From Octopus bimaculoides (lineage: Eukaryota), in contig NC_068983.1 of assembly GCF_001194135.2 (NCBI RefSeq), forward strand, positions 16,214,823 to 16,278,822: 64,000 bases of DNA, given 5' to 3'. The notes below the pieces were generated by a model. It worked only from the letters and a program-made list of their open reading frames with translations, was not told where the DNA came from and did no database searches. Numbering within the stretch: position 1 is the stretch's first letter; each line of letters begins with the position of its first letter. The position numbers were made by a program, and so were the translations under genes. Shown here in pieces: positions 13,239 through 27,138 of this stretch.

Positions 13239-14072
13239 TCCTTATTTTCAAAATTAATTGAAATATAGGCAGTGTATTTCAAGATATATGGTAACAAAAT
13301 CATTAAATGAAAGTGAAAACAAACCCATCCTACACCAAAAAATTAATACTTTCAAATTAAATTGATTAATTACCACAAAAGAAAACTGAGAGTGAAGAGG
13401 ACATTTTTTTTTTTTTTACTTTTTTTCAGTTCTTTCTATTAAATTTTAATTAAACATTTTTAAAAATCAAAACGATAAGCACCTGGCCAACCATTTCAAG
13501 TAGAGCACAGAAAGTGAATATATGACAGAGTGTTGATGCAAAGGAAATTCAAAGAGAGATGTAAGCATGCTATCATGGACTAACTGGTATATATATTATC
13601 CCTGAGAGTGAACAACTGCACCCAACAACAACAACAACAGGAAGTATATACTGCTAAAATATTTACTTGTAAATAGTCAATATTTCTCATATTTAGAGTT
13701 AAACAAGACAAAATATGGGCAAAAATGAGTGTGGGTGGAATCAGAGAAATGAAAGAACAAATGTAAACCAGTTTCTGTTAACATAAACACTCTTTCAGTC
13801 TCTCACTCTCTCTCTCTCGCTTCACTCACACATACACTTAATGTGATATGTAAATATATGCATGTACACATATACAGATGTATGTACGCATGTACATACA
13901 CACACAAACATACACATTTATCTTTTACTCATTTCAGTCATTAGACTGTGGCCATGCTGGAGCACTGCCTTGAAAAGAATACAAGTCGTACACGCACAAT
14001 ATTAAATATTAGATTCAAAGCCAGCAGAAAAATCAAAAGCAGATTTCTACAATTTGCTACAGATTAATCAGA

Positions 14073-14105
<33 letters not shown>

Positions 14106-16559
14106 TTGTGTCCACACATATTTAAATGTACTTGTTATAAGCATGTATGTTTTAAAAATTATTATTTGTGCATTTCTTTTAACCATTATCATTTGTAGTA
14201 GTAGTCCAAGTTTGTCCACCCTCTCACCCTCAACAAACATCATTACCTGAAAACTACTCAGCAATGAATTCATCTCTCTACGACCAGAGTCAACCTGTTT
14301 AGTTTTGAATTTTATGGTCTGTTTTATGTAGTTTTGCTTTTTTAAATTTTGTTTTACCCGTTTTAATACCTTTGCTCCAACAACATTTCTAACTCTAGCA
14401 TTAGAGAGTTGAACAAAACAACCAGTCGACTATTTTTGTGCATTTTGTTGTTGTTGTTGTTGTTTGTCATTTGTTTCCAAAAGCAAAGAGAAAACAAAGC
14501 AAAGCATTGCTTGTTTGTTGGCTTATTTTCATTCATACAGCCATATATATGGATATGTGTGTAGCATATATTCGAGAAGGAAATCGAAACACTTTAAACA
14601 AAAAATAAAAAATAAAACATGACTAATGATGAGATTTCTTTTGGTAAGGTGTGGTTACCATCAAATGACTCAGCCCTCGTTTTATAACTAGTATTTGAAT
14701 TATCTCTGTTTCTCTAGGAGAATAAAAGAAGTTTGATGTAGAATTTTATCAACTTCCTAATCTTAGTGAAGTTTTGAGTTAATAACATATTGACATACCA
14801 TTTATTTTTGAAGGAATCATTATAAATTTTGTATGAAAAGAAAAACCACAAAATGATGTTTAGAAGCTAGGGGGAAAAAAAATTCAATTATTCATACATC
14901 AATAGTAAAACATTATTTTCCCCACCCCTCCACCTCCACATTTCTTTAACTTAATTGTGCACCAAGAAAGAACGTTCAGAGAATGTCAAATAATATAGGA
15001 ATAAGATTAATGTCATTTAAAAAGAAAATGCTTAAAAATAAATTCGGTAATCATCAGGTAAAATCTTGTTTAAAGCAAAACTAGAGATAATGAAACAGTA
15101 ACAATGAAGATTAATGAGAAAAGGTGAAAATAATAAAAAGTGAATGCAAGAAAATAACAGTAAGAATTTAAAGTTAGCTTCAATAGGTATGTAATAGCAA
15201 AAACTGAGGGTTTACTGTCAATGTTATAGTAGTTTACTGTAGCTGACTTAATAAATTATCTGGCTTCAGTGTTGAGCCAAGTATTTCTGATAATATTTCT
15301 TTCTGAATTACATATAATTTCCCCATCCAACATGGCTTGAATAGGTCCACAAATCCAAAGGTTTACAAGAATTTTAAAAGCAAGATGAATGCCCTTAACA
15401 GAGGTTAAAATTTGCAAGGTATAACTTGGAAGACTTAAGCCAACCATTTCTAAAAACTTAATACAAAATATATGATAAAAATTGAACCCAGCCTGAACAC
15501 TTACATACAATGATAACCAAAATGACTCTTGTTTCAAACATAGAACAATAACATGTTACTTTAGCAAGTGTAGATCAACTCAGGACATTATGAACCAAAT
15601 ATTCACTAGAAGAATAATGACAGAAAACTGAATTTATCATGTTTGCTGTTACAATTATTATTATTATTATTATTATTATTATCATTATTATTAATAGTAT
15701 GATAACAGCAATTGTTGCTGTTTTCAATAAAATGTAAGATTTATGTTTTATCTCTAAACTTTGAAATTTAATAAACATTTGCCCAAAGGTTAGAAAACAA
15801 CATTTCATTTTAAACTGTAAACAAAATTCTTCTCAAAGGTCACAACAAAACTCTGTGCGAGTCATAAACAATATTTTTTTTTCCATAAACAAAACACAGT
15901 TTGGATGTTAAATAAAATATGAAATAGTAACAAAAGTTGGATTGAAATACAGCTTTCCCTTTGGTCTAACTCAAATATCAACCATTAGAGAAGTATCTCA
16001 TTCTCCAAGCATAGAATAAAGCCAATAAGCTTGTTAAGCTACGGCTTTACATTTCATCACAATATTTTCTCAGTATGAACAGACTGACTCTCATCTAGGT
16101 CCTAATATCTCTAGAAACTCCAAAGATGTTCTCATCTCAAACCTATCTGGATCATCACAACACACATAGTTATCTCCTTCCTGTTACCACTATTGTCTGA
16201 CTTTAAAAAACAGCAATAAACTAGTTTGGAACCCATTTGGTAACATATCCCCATTATCACAATCTCCCAAAAGCCTGAAATAATTTTGATCACATGAAGC
16301 TAACTTTTCTAGTTATTTATTGTCTTCTCTAGGAAGGACTCAACAAGGCAATAATGGACCTGACTCTAGGCAATGATGGAACAGGCTCTCTAACAGTGGA
16401 ATCCCAACAAGAAATGGGACCAACACATAACAGCATGTAATGAAACACAGAAACTGCATATGAAATGATGCGTGTATATCAACACAAATTATGGCATGCA
16501 AAAATTAATGAATACATGAAGGGCAAAAATGAACAAACTTGCCAATGGAAACATTATAA

Positions 16560-16613
<54 letters not shown>

Positions 16614-17332
16614 TGAGTGAGTGGGTAGATGGGAAAGAGGTAGAAGAAAATTCTTTGAAATCGGATAAAAAAGAAAAACTTAAAAGGCTCCAGTGTCTTC
16701 TTTTTAAACAACTAAGTTTGAATTTTCCGAAAAGAAAAATTAAAACTTTAATTCATTTCTAAATTTGTTTTTAAACAAGTTGTTTTCATATTTTCTTCCA
16801 TAATAATTGGAAATATGAGATACTTGAAATTTTTTTCTAGTTATTGTTCTTAAAATCAATCTTTCTTTAAATGATAACAATTAAAATAAAGTTTTTTATT
16901 TTTTTTGATAATTAAAACAAACAATGAAGTCATCAACCAATATATTAAGAAAAGAGGTTCGTTATTACTTTATGAAATTAAATATCCCACTTACAGCTTG
17001 GAAAATTGATTTTTAATATTGGTACACAGCCAAGAATAGTGGAGGGAGGATACAATAGAAGTTGATCCAAATATATTACTGGTATTTATTTTATTGACAC
17101 TGGAAAAAACAAAGTCGACCTCAATGGGATTTGAACTCAGACTATAAAGAAACATCACTAAATACTGGAAGCTATTTGATCCATATCTCTATGGTTTGTC
17201 CACACCACTTCACTCTTACAGCCTTGAATGTTGCAATGATTTCAGCATTGATTGAGTAAAAGAGACTAAGTATAGAATGCAAAAGGGTAGCTAAAGAAAA
17301 CCATTTTATTTTACTACATACTACAAAATAAT

Positions 17333-17512
17333 CTACATGTTTTATCTTCAAATTAGCCAGATCTGGCCTCTCACACTTATTCTACAATATTATTTTGAAA
17401 ACTAAAAATCATGTCATTGAAATATCAAAGCTACAAGGTAATGCATGACTAATTCATATCAGTGTGAATAAAAACGCATTACATTTGACTGAGAAATCTG
17501 AATGCTAAAGGG
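17333..17512 (+). mobile_element. piggyBac-type MITE, left-truncated copy
   Basis: Interior GCCAGATCTGGCCTCTCACAC..., right end AATGCTAAAGGG|TTAA. Confidence 0.7.
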
Positions 17513-19959
17513 TTAAAGACAAGAGGTAACACTTCACAGAATGTACTTAAAAGCAAAACAGCTTAAATTAGATCCCTTTTCTCTCACTAAACAGTACCGT
17601 AAAAAATTGGAAGTATATAATTTTATCTAGACAAAAAATACAGCTTGAAAACTCTGCCTTCATAGAATATATGTAAAGCAAATCAATTTAAATGAGATAC
17701 CACCCACACTTTCCCTGTAGAACAATATATAAAAGAAACAGGAGGTATGTGATCTCATAATTGCAAGCTAACGAAGCAATTGTCAGTTACACAATGACCC
17801 TGAGGTTGGTAATGAAGTATTGCATATAGTGGTGTCCTGCATCACATCATAGCAACTATCTATTGAAGAGTGCACTGGGCACTTTGAGAATTCAGTGTTT
17901 TGGTCATAGCTACAGCACTGCTGCAGGTAATGGCAATGGTGTACAAACTGTTGACCTTTGATAATTTACCAACCTCTGACCCGTTGCTTTTAATAATAAT
18001 TAGACGCATTCACTAACTTTTACAGAAACTGAAGGAAATAATAAACAATTGCAAAGATAATTCTTGTAGTGAAATAACTGAGAGAAAAAATATTTAAGTT
18101 TTAAAACTTGCTCTTAAAATTTTAAAAAAAAAAAGGTTCATTTTAAGCTGCTTTCCCTGTTACAGTAAGAAATTTCTAATTTTGCTTAGTTCTTACGGAA
18201 GGACTTCATGCTTTTTTATTATTGTATTCTATGACCTGTCATAATGTTTCTATTTAGATTATAATAAATAAACTGGTTGGCTCAAAACATGTAGGGGAAG
18301 ATAATGACACACTGAGTTCTTTGTTTTTAATTTTTCTGGTTTTGTTAATTTAACTGGCCATACTAGTGCATTGTATTTGCAATGAAAAGTATGTTGATCA
18401 GAGCAGGATTTGATCTCAGAAATATAATTAAATACCACAAGGTATTTTGGCCAATGCATAATAAATTCTATTATCCACACGTGTATATCTATCTTGGATT
18501 CAATCTTACTGTGTGCACCTTGCACATGCTGGTCAGCTCATGTTGTGAATGTACCTGGTTACATGAGAACTGTGTAGAAACCTATTCAATGTATTCTAAC
18601 TGTACTTCAAAGGGCCAGCCCTATCTCATAGTATCACTTTGATTTTGCCTGAGCATCACATTTATAGAATGTGTCTGTGGAATACTCAGCCACTTACACC
18701 GTAATTCAATAGATCTGTTCATTGAAAACTATAACCAGAATATTCAACATCGAAATCAATGTGAGGTCCATTTATTATTACTATTATTATTTATTATTAT
18801 TATTATTATTATCATCATATTCAAACAGATAATTTAATTCAAGCTTCATGGTGTAATAAAGAATTATTATTTCATAATTTTATGAATATCAATCATGTTA
18901 CTACTAAATTATATTAATAAATTAACTTTGAATTATCAGGATACAGGTTACCATAATGTAAAAAGGAACGAAAAACAAAATTAAGCATTTGGAAATACCC
19001 ATACTTTGTCCAAACCTGTTTTATCTTAACCCAAACACCATTTTACAATACACAGTTCACAGCTTTACGTTGTCTATTGGCAATAAGCCAGAGAGAAATA
19101 AAAATTATATATTATTATATCACATCAAGGTTTTACTGTTCCTCTATAAACACCATACAATAAAACAATTATTATATCACAAGCCAATGATGGAACACTC
19201 CCATCCCAACGAGCAACCTGCCAGAATTAGCAGCCAATCTTTTTCTCAAATCATATCCTACAATCTTGAAAATGGAAGGAAACATCGGATAATGTCGTCC
19301 TACACACACTATGTCACAAAAAAAAAAAAAAACCCCAGAAAAGGTCAGGTCTGGAATACCTTTGATTTGCTGAATCAGGGTCTACTCTGGACAAAACAAT
19401 AACAGCTATTATATCACACTCAAGTTTTGCTTTTACTTCTTGGCACTAAACAACAAAAACCCCATCCAAGGCCATCTTGGCAGCATTATAAGTCTCCTGG
19501 CAAATCAATGAACTGGACCCTATAGCATTTATTTATTTATTGACAGTAAGCCATAGCACACATAGATCAGAATTGGGATGAGGTCCCGAGACCCATGAGG
19601 TCACAGGACAACAGCCCAGTGCCTCCATGCTTTAAGATAGCCCTGAATCCATCACCTCACAGCCAAGGTTTTCAACTGCACCATTGGGTGGCAGCAGATG
19701 AATGAATGAATAAATGAATGAAAACAATCTTCAGTTTTAACAAGAACTTAACAAAACAGAAATGTTAAAGACAATGTGAGCAGTTTGGAACAACAGACTA
19801 TAATGGTATAACTGTGACTGCAGAGGAGTGGAACATAGATGGTGGGGGTGGGGGTAACAGCAAGAAATCCATGAAAACATATCAAAATATTAAGATTATT
19901 ACTTAAAACCAACCTTTACTGAAGTTATCAATTATAATATAAGAAGGATGGAGATTTAA

Positions 19960-20179
19960 CTCTTTAACATCTAAATCAGCCAGATCTAGCTTGAATATTT
20001 AAGCTGTTTTATGTTCAAATATATCATATTTGACTTCTCACACCTACTCTACAATATCTTTCTAAAATTAAACAATCACATCATTGAAATCTCAAAGCCA
20101 TGAGATATTGCATGATTAATTCAAAGCAATGTGAATAAATAAGCATTTCTTTTGACAGAGTTATCTGAATGCTAAATGG
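19960..20179 (+). mobile_element. piggyBac-type MITE copy
   Basis: TTAA|CTCTTTAACATC ... AATGCTAAATGG|TTAC; interior aligns with the other copies. Confidence 0.75.
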
Positions 20180-20520
20180 TTACGGAGTGGAGAGAGTAAA
20201 GAAAAGAAGAAAAGGATGTAAAAGACAGAAGAGAAAGAATAGAAATGAAAGATACATGAAAGCAAGAGTAAAGAGAGGAAGATAAGATGATAGATAAAAG
20301 ATTATAAATAAGAGGAGAAGGAAGAGAGAGAGAGAGAAAGAAAGAAAGAAAGACTTACATGTAAAGTGAAAGCAAGCATAAAAAAAAATAAAAAGAAACA
20401 GAAGCACTCAGATAATGACAAAATGTTCCAGTTTTGTGATTTGTTTTAATAAAGATAGTATTGAAAATAAATTTAAAGTGGTGTAACAGAATAAATGGTC
20501 TTCTACAAATATTATTAGAG

Positions 20521-21524
20521 ATAATAATAACAGTGTCTGATTTAGGCACAAGGCCAGCACAGTTTCAAAGGGGAGTGAGTTGTTTAGTCAATGCCATCAA
20601 CCCCAATATCTGACAGACACTTTATTTTATCAACCTTAGAAGAATGAAAGGTAAAGTTGGCCTCAGCAGGATTTGAACTCATAATGTAAGGAGCTGAAAG
20701 AAATACCACAAAGCATTTCTTCTGATATTTTAATGATTCTGCCAATCTACTGCCCTCCACTGCTCTCAATAATGATGACAATGATTGTTAATATTGGAAC
20801 AAGACTGCATATTTTGAGAGAGAGGGAGCTATTGATTATGTTCTGAGTTAAAAGTCTACCAATGTCAACTCGGCTGTCATCCTTCAGTTGTTAGCAAAAT
20901 AAAGTAGCAGACAATCAGTGGGGTTTGATCTGAGTGAAATTATTAACAGATGACAAAGAGATTATACTGACCCTTGTATCTGACTAGCTGTGCCTTATTT
21001 TATCAGCCTATCACCAGAAAGGATGAAATGTAATGCTGAACCTTGTTGAGATATACAACTTTTCTATGAAAATATATAGTTTCTAAGAGAAGCAGAAGGT
21101 CACAGATACTCTGTGAGACTACTCTCAATTATACTAACCCCAGTACATTGCTGGTGTTTTATTTTATCAATCCTAGAAAGATGAAAGGTAAAGCTAACCT
21201 CAGTGAGATTTTAAACTCAGGCTGTTAAAGGCCATAGCTAAATACTGCATGGGGCATTCTATCCAGCAATTCTGACATAATAAATAATAATTCTTTCTAC
21301 TATAGGCACAAGACCTGAAATTTGGGGGTAAGGATTAGGTTGATTACATTGACCCCAATGCTTAACTGATATTTATTTAATCGACTCTGAAAGGATGAAA
21401 GTCAACAATAATAATAATTTCTAATTTAGGGACAAGGTCAGCAAAATTGGGGTAGGGGGCATATCAAAACTATCAACAATGGAACTAAACTACAACTTTA
21501 CTTTATTGACCCCCAATAAATTTA

Positions 21525-21555
<31 letters not shown>

Positions 21556-21950
21556 CCTTTCTATTATAGGCACAAGGCCTGGAATTTGGGGGGAGAGGAA
21601 GTCGGTTACATCAACCACAGGATTCAACTGGTACTTATTTTATCGACCCCCAAAAGGATGACAGATAAAGTTGACCTCAGCAGAATTTGAACTCAGAACA
21701 TAAAAACAGACAAAATTCCACGAAGTATTTAGTCCAGTGTGCTAACAATTCAACTAGTTCACTACCTTAATAACAACAACAACAACAATAATTATTTTTA
21801 ACAAACAGGAGGCTAGATACTGGAGAGGATGAGGTTGGTTGGTTAAATTAATACCAGAATTTGAATGTCTTTTTTTTTTATTGATTTGATCCCCAGAAGA
21901 TTGAAAGGCAAAGTGGACCTAAGTAAGATTTGAACTCCGAATATAAAGGG
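20521..21950 (-). mobile_element. Head-to-tail array of about 8 full or partial family A SINEs
   Basis: Repeated AAAGGATGAAA / TTGAACTC / AGGCACAAG motifs, all in the same orientation, several separated by (AAT)n tails. The most complete copy is 21525-21768. Confidence 0.75.
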
Positions 21951-23920
21951 CCAGAAAAAAATTACTTAGAAAAATAATAATCAAATTACACTTCATTTTT
22001 CTTTTCATCTTGTCTCTCCAGTTCTTCAAATTGTTGCAGAGATAGCAAGATTAACAACGCAACAAATCTTAGAATTTCCAAAAGTTTTCGGGAAAATAAA
22101 TAAATTAATAAATAAATAAAATTAATAACAAAAATTAAATATGCTCTAGAAAATTTGATATTGTCAAAACAAAACTATGTGATATTACTCAAGGAAAATC
22201 AGGATCATGCCAAATACTTTCTCCATAAGCTTTTCCAAACTATATCACATTGGAAAGAATTCATCACATGAAATGAGAGGCTAAGATTTTCAGATTTACT
22301 TTACATCTGTGTATCTTCTTTAGATTTGTTCTATTTGTCTAACAACAGAAGAGAATGATAATGCCAACATTATTTAGGAGCTCTATAGTGGCAATGTTGA
22401 AAGAGGTCAGCTCTATCTAAATCAAACATAGGTAACCTTTATCAAGAAGTGGGCCAAATAAGACATGGGTCACTGTCAGGTGGGCTGCACTAGTAAAAAA
22501 ATTCAATGTAAGTTTTCATTAGGCATGCCATTCAGAAAGTCCCATGGGCTACAGTTTGCTTATGACTGATCTAAACAATGGAGAAGGTTCCTCTAATAAG
22601 GGAGATAAGTTATTGACAGAGAACCTCCTTTATTAAGTACATACATAATGTGTGTATACACACACACACACACACACAACACACGAAAGAAAATGGATCT
22701 CTGTTGGTTTCAACCAAGAATGTTTAATATCTTGTAATTTGACCAACTGAAACTACTTGTTCATTGAGTTAGTGGCACATTCCACAGACAATTGTGCCCG
22801 TAATGTATTTCTTAGAATCAGTGTAACAAAGCCAGACTTTTAAATTACAGGTACAATACATCCAATGGGCTCCCCCAGTTTTATTTACTAATCTTGGGAT
22901 GAACTGGGTCTCTGGTAAAAGACACATGCCTAAGATGCCATGCAGTGGGATGAAACCTGAGACCTTGTTATTGCCAAGCAAACTTCTTAACTATTCAACC
23001 ATGCATGTTGCATGTACTTGTTCACTTCATCTACCATGTATGAATGTATGTATGCCTGAGTAACTCTATTGTAATTGCATACACGTATGTATAACAGTTA
23101 AAGTACAGATGTACAGAAATTGGAAAATTAAGTCTATAGAAAAATTGCCACTAATGAGCATCATTAATTATTCATTGAAGAAAGATAAAAAGAAATTTTT
23201 AAAATGAGAAGAAGGTGTGGGGGTTAACAAAAAAGAGCATACAAGTTTTTAACAGTTTTGGTAGATTTTTTTTTTCCTGATTTGAAATACAACATAGGTA
23301 GAACATGCAATAAATGCCATTTCTTGTAATACCTTTTGGGCTAGTTTTTGTTTTGTCACTTTTTGTCCCTTTTTGTTGTTATTGGTGTTATCTTTTTTAA
23401 ACTACAAACAGAGAGAAAAAATAATAATAAAAACAAAATTTTCAAATTCTCATCACTAAACAAAAACAATTCCTGAGAATGGTAGTTTTTGTTTTTTTTT
23501 TAATTATATCTCTTTTTGTATCTTTTTTAAAAATCTCGACCATGTCAAGTATTTAATTAGAAAATAAAAATAAAAATAAAAATAAAAATATAAATAAAAT
23601 AAAACAAGAAACAAAGAAATAATTCCCATTTTGGTTTCAGCAACAAAAAAAAAACCCCATCTATAAAGTTAACATTCGAAATAAACCTCTTCTCTCATTT
23701 AGAAACAAGTATTATAACTTATGGAAGTTTTAAATATAATTATATAATTAATACTAAGATGAAATAAACCTTAATGACCTCCTCCTCCATTACTGAAATG
23801 CTCACATCACGAACACAAGAGATATGTTGAAAGAGATACACAAATCTACTACTTGGTTATTTTACTCATATGTGTTAAAACAACTAAAAGAAACCCCGCT
23901 TTTAAATTAACAGCATTATC

Positions 23921-23960
<40 letters not shown>

Positions 23961-24171
23961 TTTACTTCTCAGAGCTCTTGATCTTACTTGCTCCAGTTAA
24001 TCCTGTGAGAGCTGACAGCAACCTGTTATCAAAGGTCTCGTTATTGTTGTTGTTGTTGGTGGTGGTGGTGTTGTTAGTATTACCATTATCATCACCATGA
24101 AATATCTTCCAGGGTTAATTCCAAATTAATATGATAATGGTATGGCTCCAGTACTCCTTGCAGCAGAACTA

Positions 24172-24177
24172 TTTATT
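24172..24177 (-). promoter_or_regulatory. First visible canonical poly(A) signal (AATAAA) downstream of the zinc-finger stop codon
   Basis: Plus-strand TTTATT at 24172-24177. I found no AATAAA/ATTAAA on the minus strand between 26400 and the gap ending at 25074, but one could lie in the gap. Confidence 0.3.
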
Positions 24178-24186
24178 CAAGGCTTT

Positions 24187-24235
<49 letters not shown>

Positions 24236-24336
24236 CATACATACATACATATATATATACATACATATATATATATATATACATACATACATATATATAT
24301 ATACACATATATACACATACATACATATATATATAT

Positions 24337-25074
24337 NNNNNNNNNNNNNNNNNNNNNNNNNNNNNNNNNNNNNNNNNNNNNNNNNNNNNNNNNNNNNNNN
24401 NNNNNNNNNNNNNNNNNNNNNNNNNNNNNNNNNNNNNNNNNNNNNNNNNNNNNNNNNNNNNNNNNNNNNNNNNNNNNNNNNNNNNNNNNNNNNNNNNNNN
24501 NNNNNNNNNNNNNNNNNNNNNNNNNNNNNNNNNNNNNNNNNNNNNNNNNNNNNNNNNNNNNNNNNNNNNNNNNNNNNNNNNNNNNNNNNNNNNNNNNNNN
24601 NNNNNNNNNNNNNNNNNNNNNNNNNNNNNNNNNNNNNNNNNNNNNNNNNNNNNNNNNNNNNNNNNNNNNNNNNNNNNNNNNNNNNNNNNNNNNNNNNNNN
24701 NNNNNNNNNNNNNNNNNNNNNNNNNNNNNNNNNNNNNNNNNNNNNNNNNNNNNNNNNNNNNNNNNNNNNNNNNNNNNNNNNNNNNNNNNNNNNNNNNNNN
24801 NNNNNNNNNNNNNNNNNNNNNNNNNNNNNNNNNNNNNNNNNNNNNNNNNNNNNNNNNNNNNNNNNNNNNNNNNNNNNNNNNNNNNNNNNNNNNNNNNNNN
24901 NNNNNNNNNNNNNNNNNNNNNNNNNNNNNNNNNNNNNNNNNNNNNNNNNNNNNNNNNNNNNNNNNNNNNNNNNNNNNNNNNNNNNNNNNNNNNNNNNNNN
25001 NNNNNNNNNNNNNNNNNNNNNNNNNNNNNNNNNNNNNNNNNNNNNNNNNNNNNNNNNNNNNNNNNNNNNNNNNN
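24337..25074. other. Assembly gap inside the probable 3' UTR
   Basis: Run of N flanked by (TA)n/(TACA)n on both sides. Confidence 1.
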
Positions 25075-25113
<39 letters not shown>

Positions 25114-25667
25114 TATACATATATATGTATATATGAAACTAGTTAGTGTATCACAGAGCTGAGCTGACATCTGGACTGATATTGACTCTCTGACTGACCA
25201 ATTGACCATTTGTTACACGTAGAGAGGAATCTCAGTTTGGCCTTTAGAAAATATTTGGAAAAAAAAAATAATTATCATATCGTTTTTTTGTACACTATTT
25301 ACATGGAAGTGGAGAAAAAAAATATATATTTGCTAAAATCATGCAGTACAGCACTGAATAAATAATTGGAGGAGAGTGGAGGTTAAATAACCAAGGAATT
25401 AATGGATTAAACACAAACGTTTTATATGCATGTATGTATATAAATATGTGTGTGTTAGTGTGCATATTATATGTGGGTGTAGTGGTGTGTACATAGGTAT
25501 TTCTATATATACATGTACATGTGTATGTACATATACATGCATATACAAATAGAGACATATACACATATGTATGTAAGTATATTTGTATAATGCTGGTGAC
25601 TCACTGTTACTACTCAGAGTTTCGCACTCAATATGTTATCCCCCTGGCAACAACATACGCATGTGTA

Positions 25668-25713
<46 letters not shown>

Positions 25714-26400
25714 CACACACACACACACATACAAATACACACACACATACACACATTCAGAGACTAAAACAGTGTAAAAAGCTACAATGTAAAAACCTAC
25801 AGTAATGTCCTTCTTAAAGAAAAAAAACAAATCCATAAAAAAAAAAATTAAAAAAATAATAATAATAATAATAATATTAATGGAAAATATTATATTAAAA
25901 ATCTGTAATATAATATGCAACAATATATATATTTTCTTTTTGGCTCATATTTGGTATCCAGTCTTCATGTGGGACAAGGAGTAAGACTTTTGTACTCTGC
26001 TGCAATGGGTGTATCTACCAGATGCAAAGAGTCTTATAAAAAGTAATAATTTGAGAATTTAAAAAAAAAAAAAAAAATGACAAATAACAGAAAAAGAGAG
26101 AAAAAAAACTATGTGAAATTTGAAATAGGAACAAAATAAATATTAACATCATAAATGAGAGTTTGTTTTTAACTTAAAAAGTTAAAATAAATTATTGTTA
26201 TTATTACAATAGGGCTGTTGAACTTAAGCTATGTGGGAGAAACTCCTGCTTTCTTTTTTTTAGAAATTTTACTATGTTTGTTTGTTTCAGTTAGTTTTCC
26301 TTGGAAAGTGTGTTTTACATAACTGTGGGAGAACATTATCAACAAAAGAAAATATCCTGCTTTGATTTTTTTTTAGTGTGTGTTTGTGTCTTTGTTGTTT

Positions 26401-26609
26401 TTACTGTTGCTCTACTTTAGCTCTTTTAGCGAGGCAATTTCCCCCTTCCATGTGTTTATCGAGGTTCTTAGGAGTCACAAACCCTTCTCCGCAGTGAGGG
26501 CATTCATTCCTGGACTTGAGCATATGGATTTGTGATTTCATGTGGCGATTCAGATCTGACTGAGTTACACCTTTGTAATTGCACAGCTTACAGCAGAATT
26601 CACGAATAC
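26401..26609 (-). CDS. Zinc-finger gene terminal coding exon: ZF11, C2HC-type ZF12, stop (not in ORF track)
   Basis: Acceptor TTCTTTCTCTGTGTTCTGCAG|GT, phase 1. Encodes GIREFCCKLCNYKGVTQSDLNRHMKSQIHMLKSRNECPHCGEGFVTPKNLDKHMEGGNCLAKRAKVEQQ*, with TAA at 26403-26401. Confidence 0.92.
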
Positions 26610-26699
26610 CTGCAGAACACAGAGAAAGAAAGAGACAGACAGAAACATGAATGAGCTGTAACTAAATGAGAATTTGAACAAGAGGAGGAAACACACTAA

Positions 26700-26920
26700 C
26701 TCTTTAACATTTAAACCAGCCATATCTGGACCAAATATTCTACCTGTTTTTATGTTCAAACCAGCCAGATCCAACCTTTCACGTATATCCTACAAGGTCA
26801 TTCCAAAAATACACAATCATGTCATTGAAATTTTGAAACTACAAGATAGTGCATGACTAATTCAAAACAATGTGAATAGATAAACATTGCATTTGACACA
26901 GTAATCTCAATGCCAAATGA
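26700..26920 (+). mobile_element. piggyBac-type MITE copy about 90 bp from the terminal-exon acceptor
   Basis: CTAA|CTCTTTAACATT ... AATGCCAAATGA|TTAA; interior aligns with the other copies. Confidence 0.75.
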
Positions 26921-26930
26921 TTAATATATA

Positions 26931-27093
26931 GGCATAGGAGTGGCTGTGTGGTAAGTAGCTTGCTTACGAACCACATGGTTCTGGGTTCAGTCTCACTGTG
27001 TGGTACCTTGGGCAAGTGTTTTCTGCTATAGCCTCGGGCCGACCAAAGCCTTGTGAGTGGATTTGGTAGACGGAAACTGAAAGAAGCCCGTCG

Positions 27094-27138
<45 letters not shown>

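Noticed and set aside
3498-25209. Long ORFs containing X runs (3498-4632, 6249-6773, 12467-13303, 24131-25209)
   Set aside because: Artefacts of translating N gaps and flanking (TA)n/(CA)n repeats.
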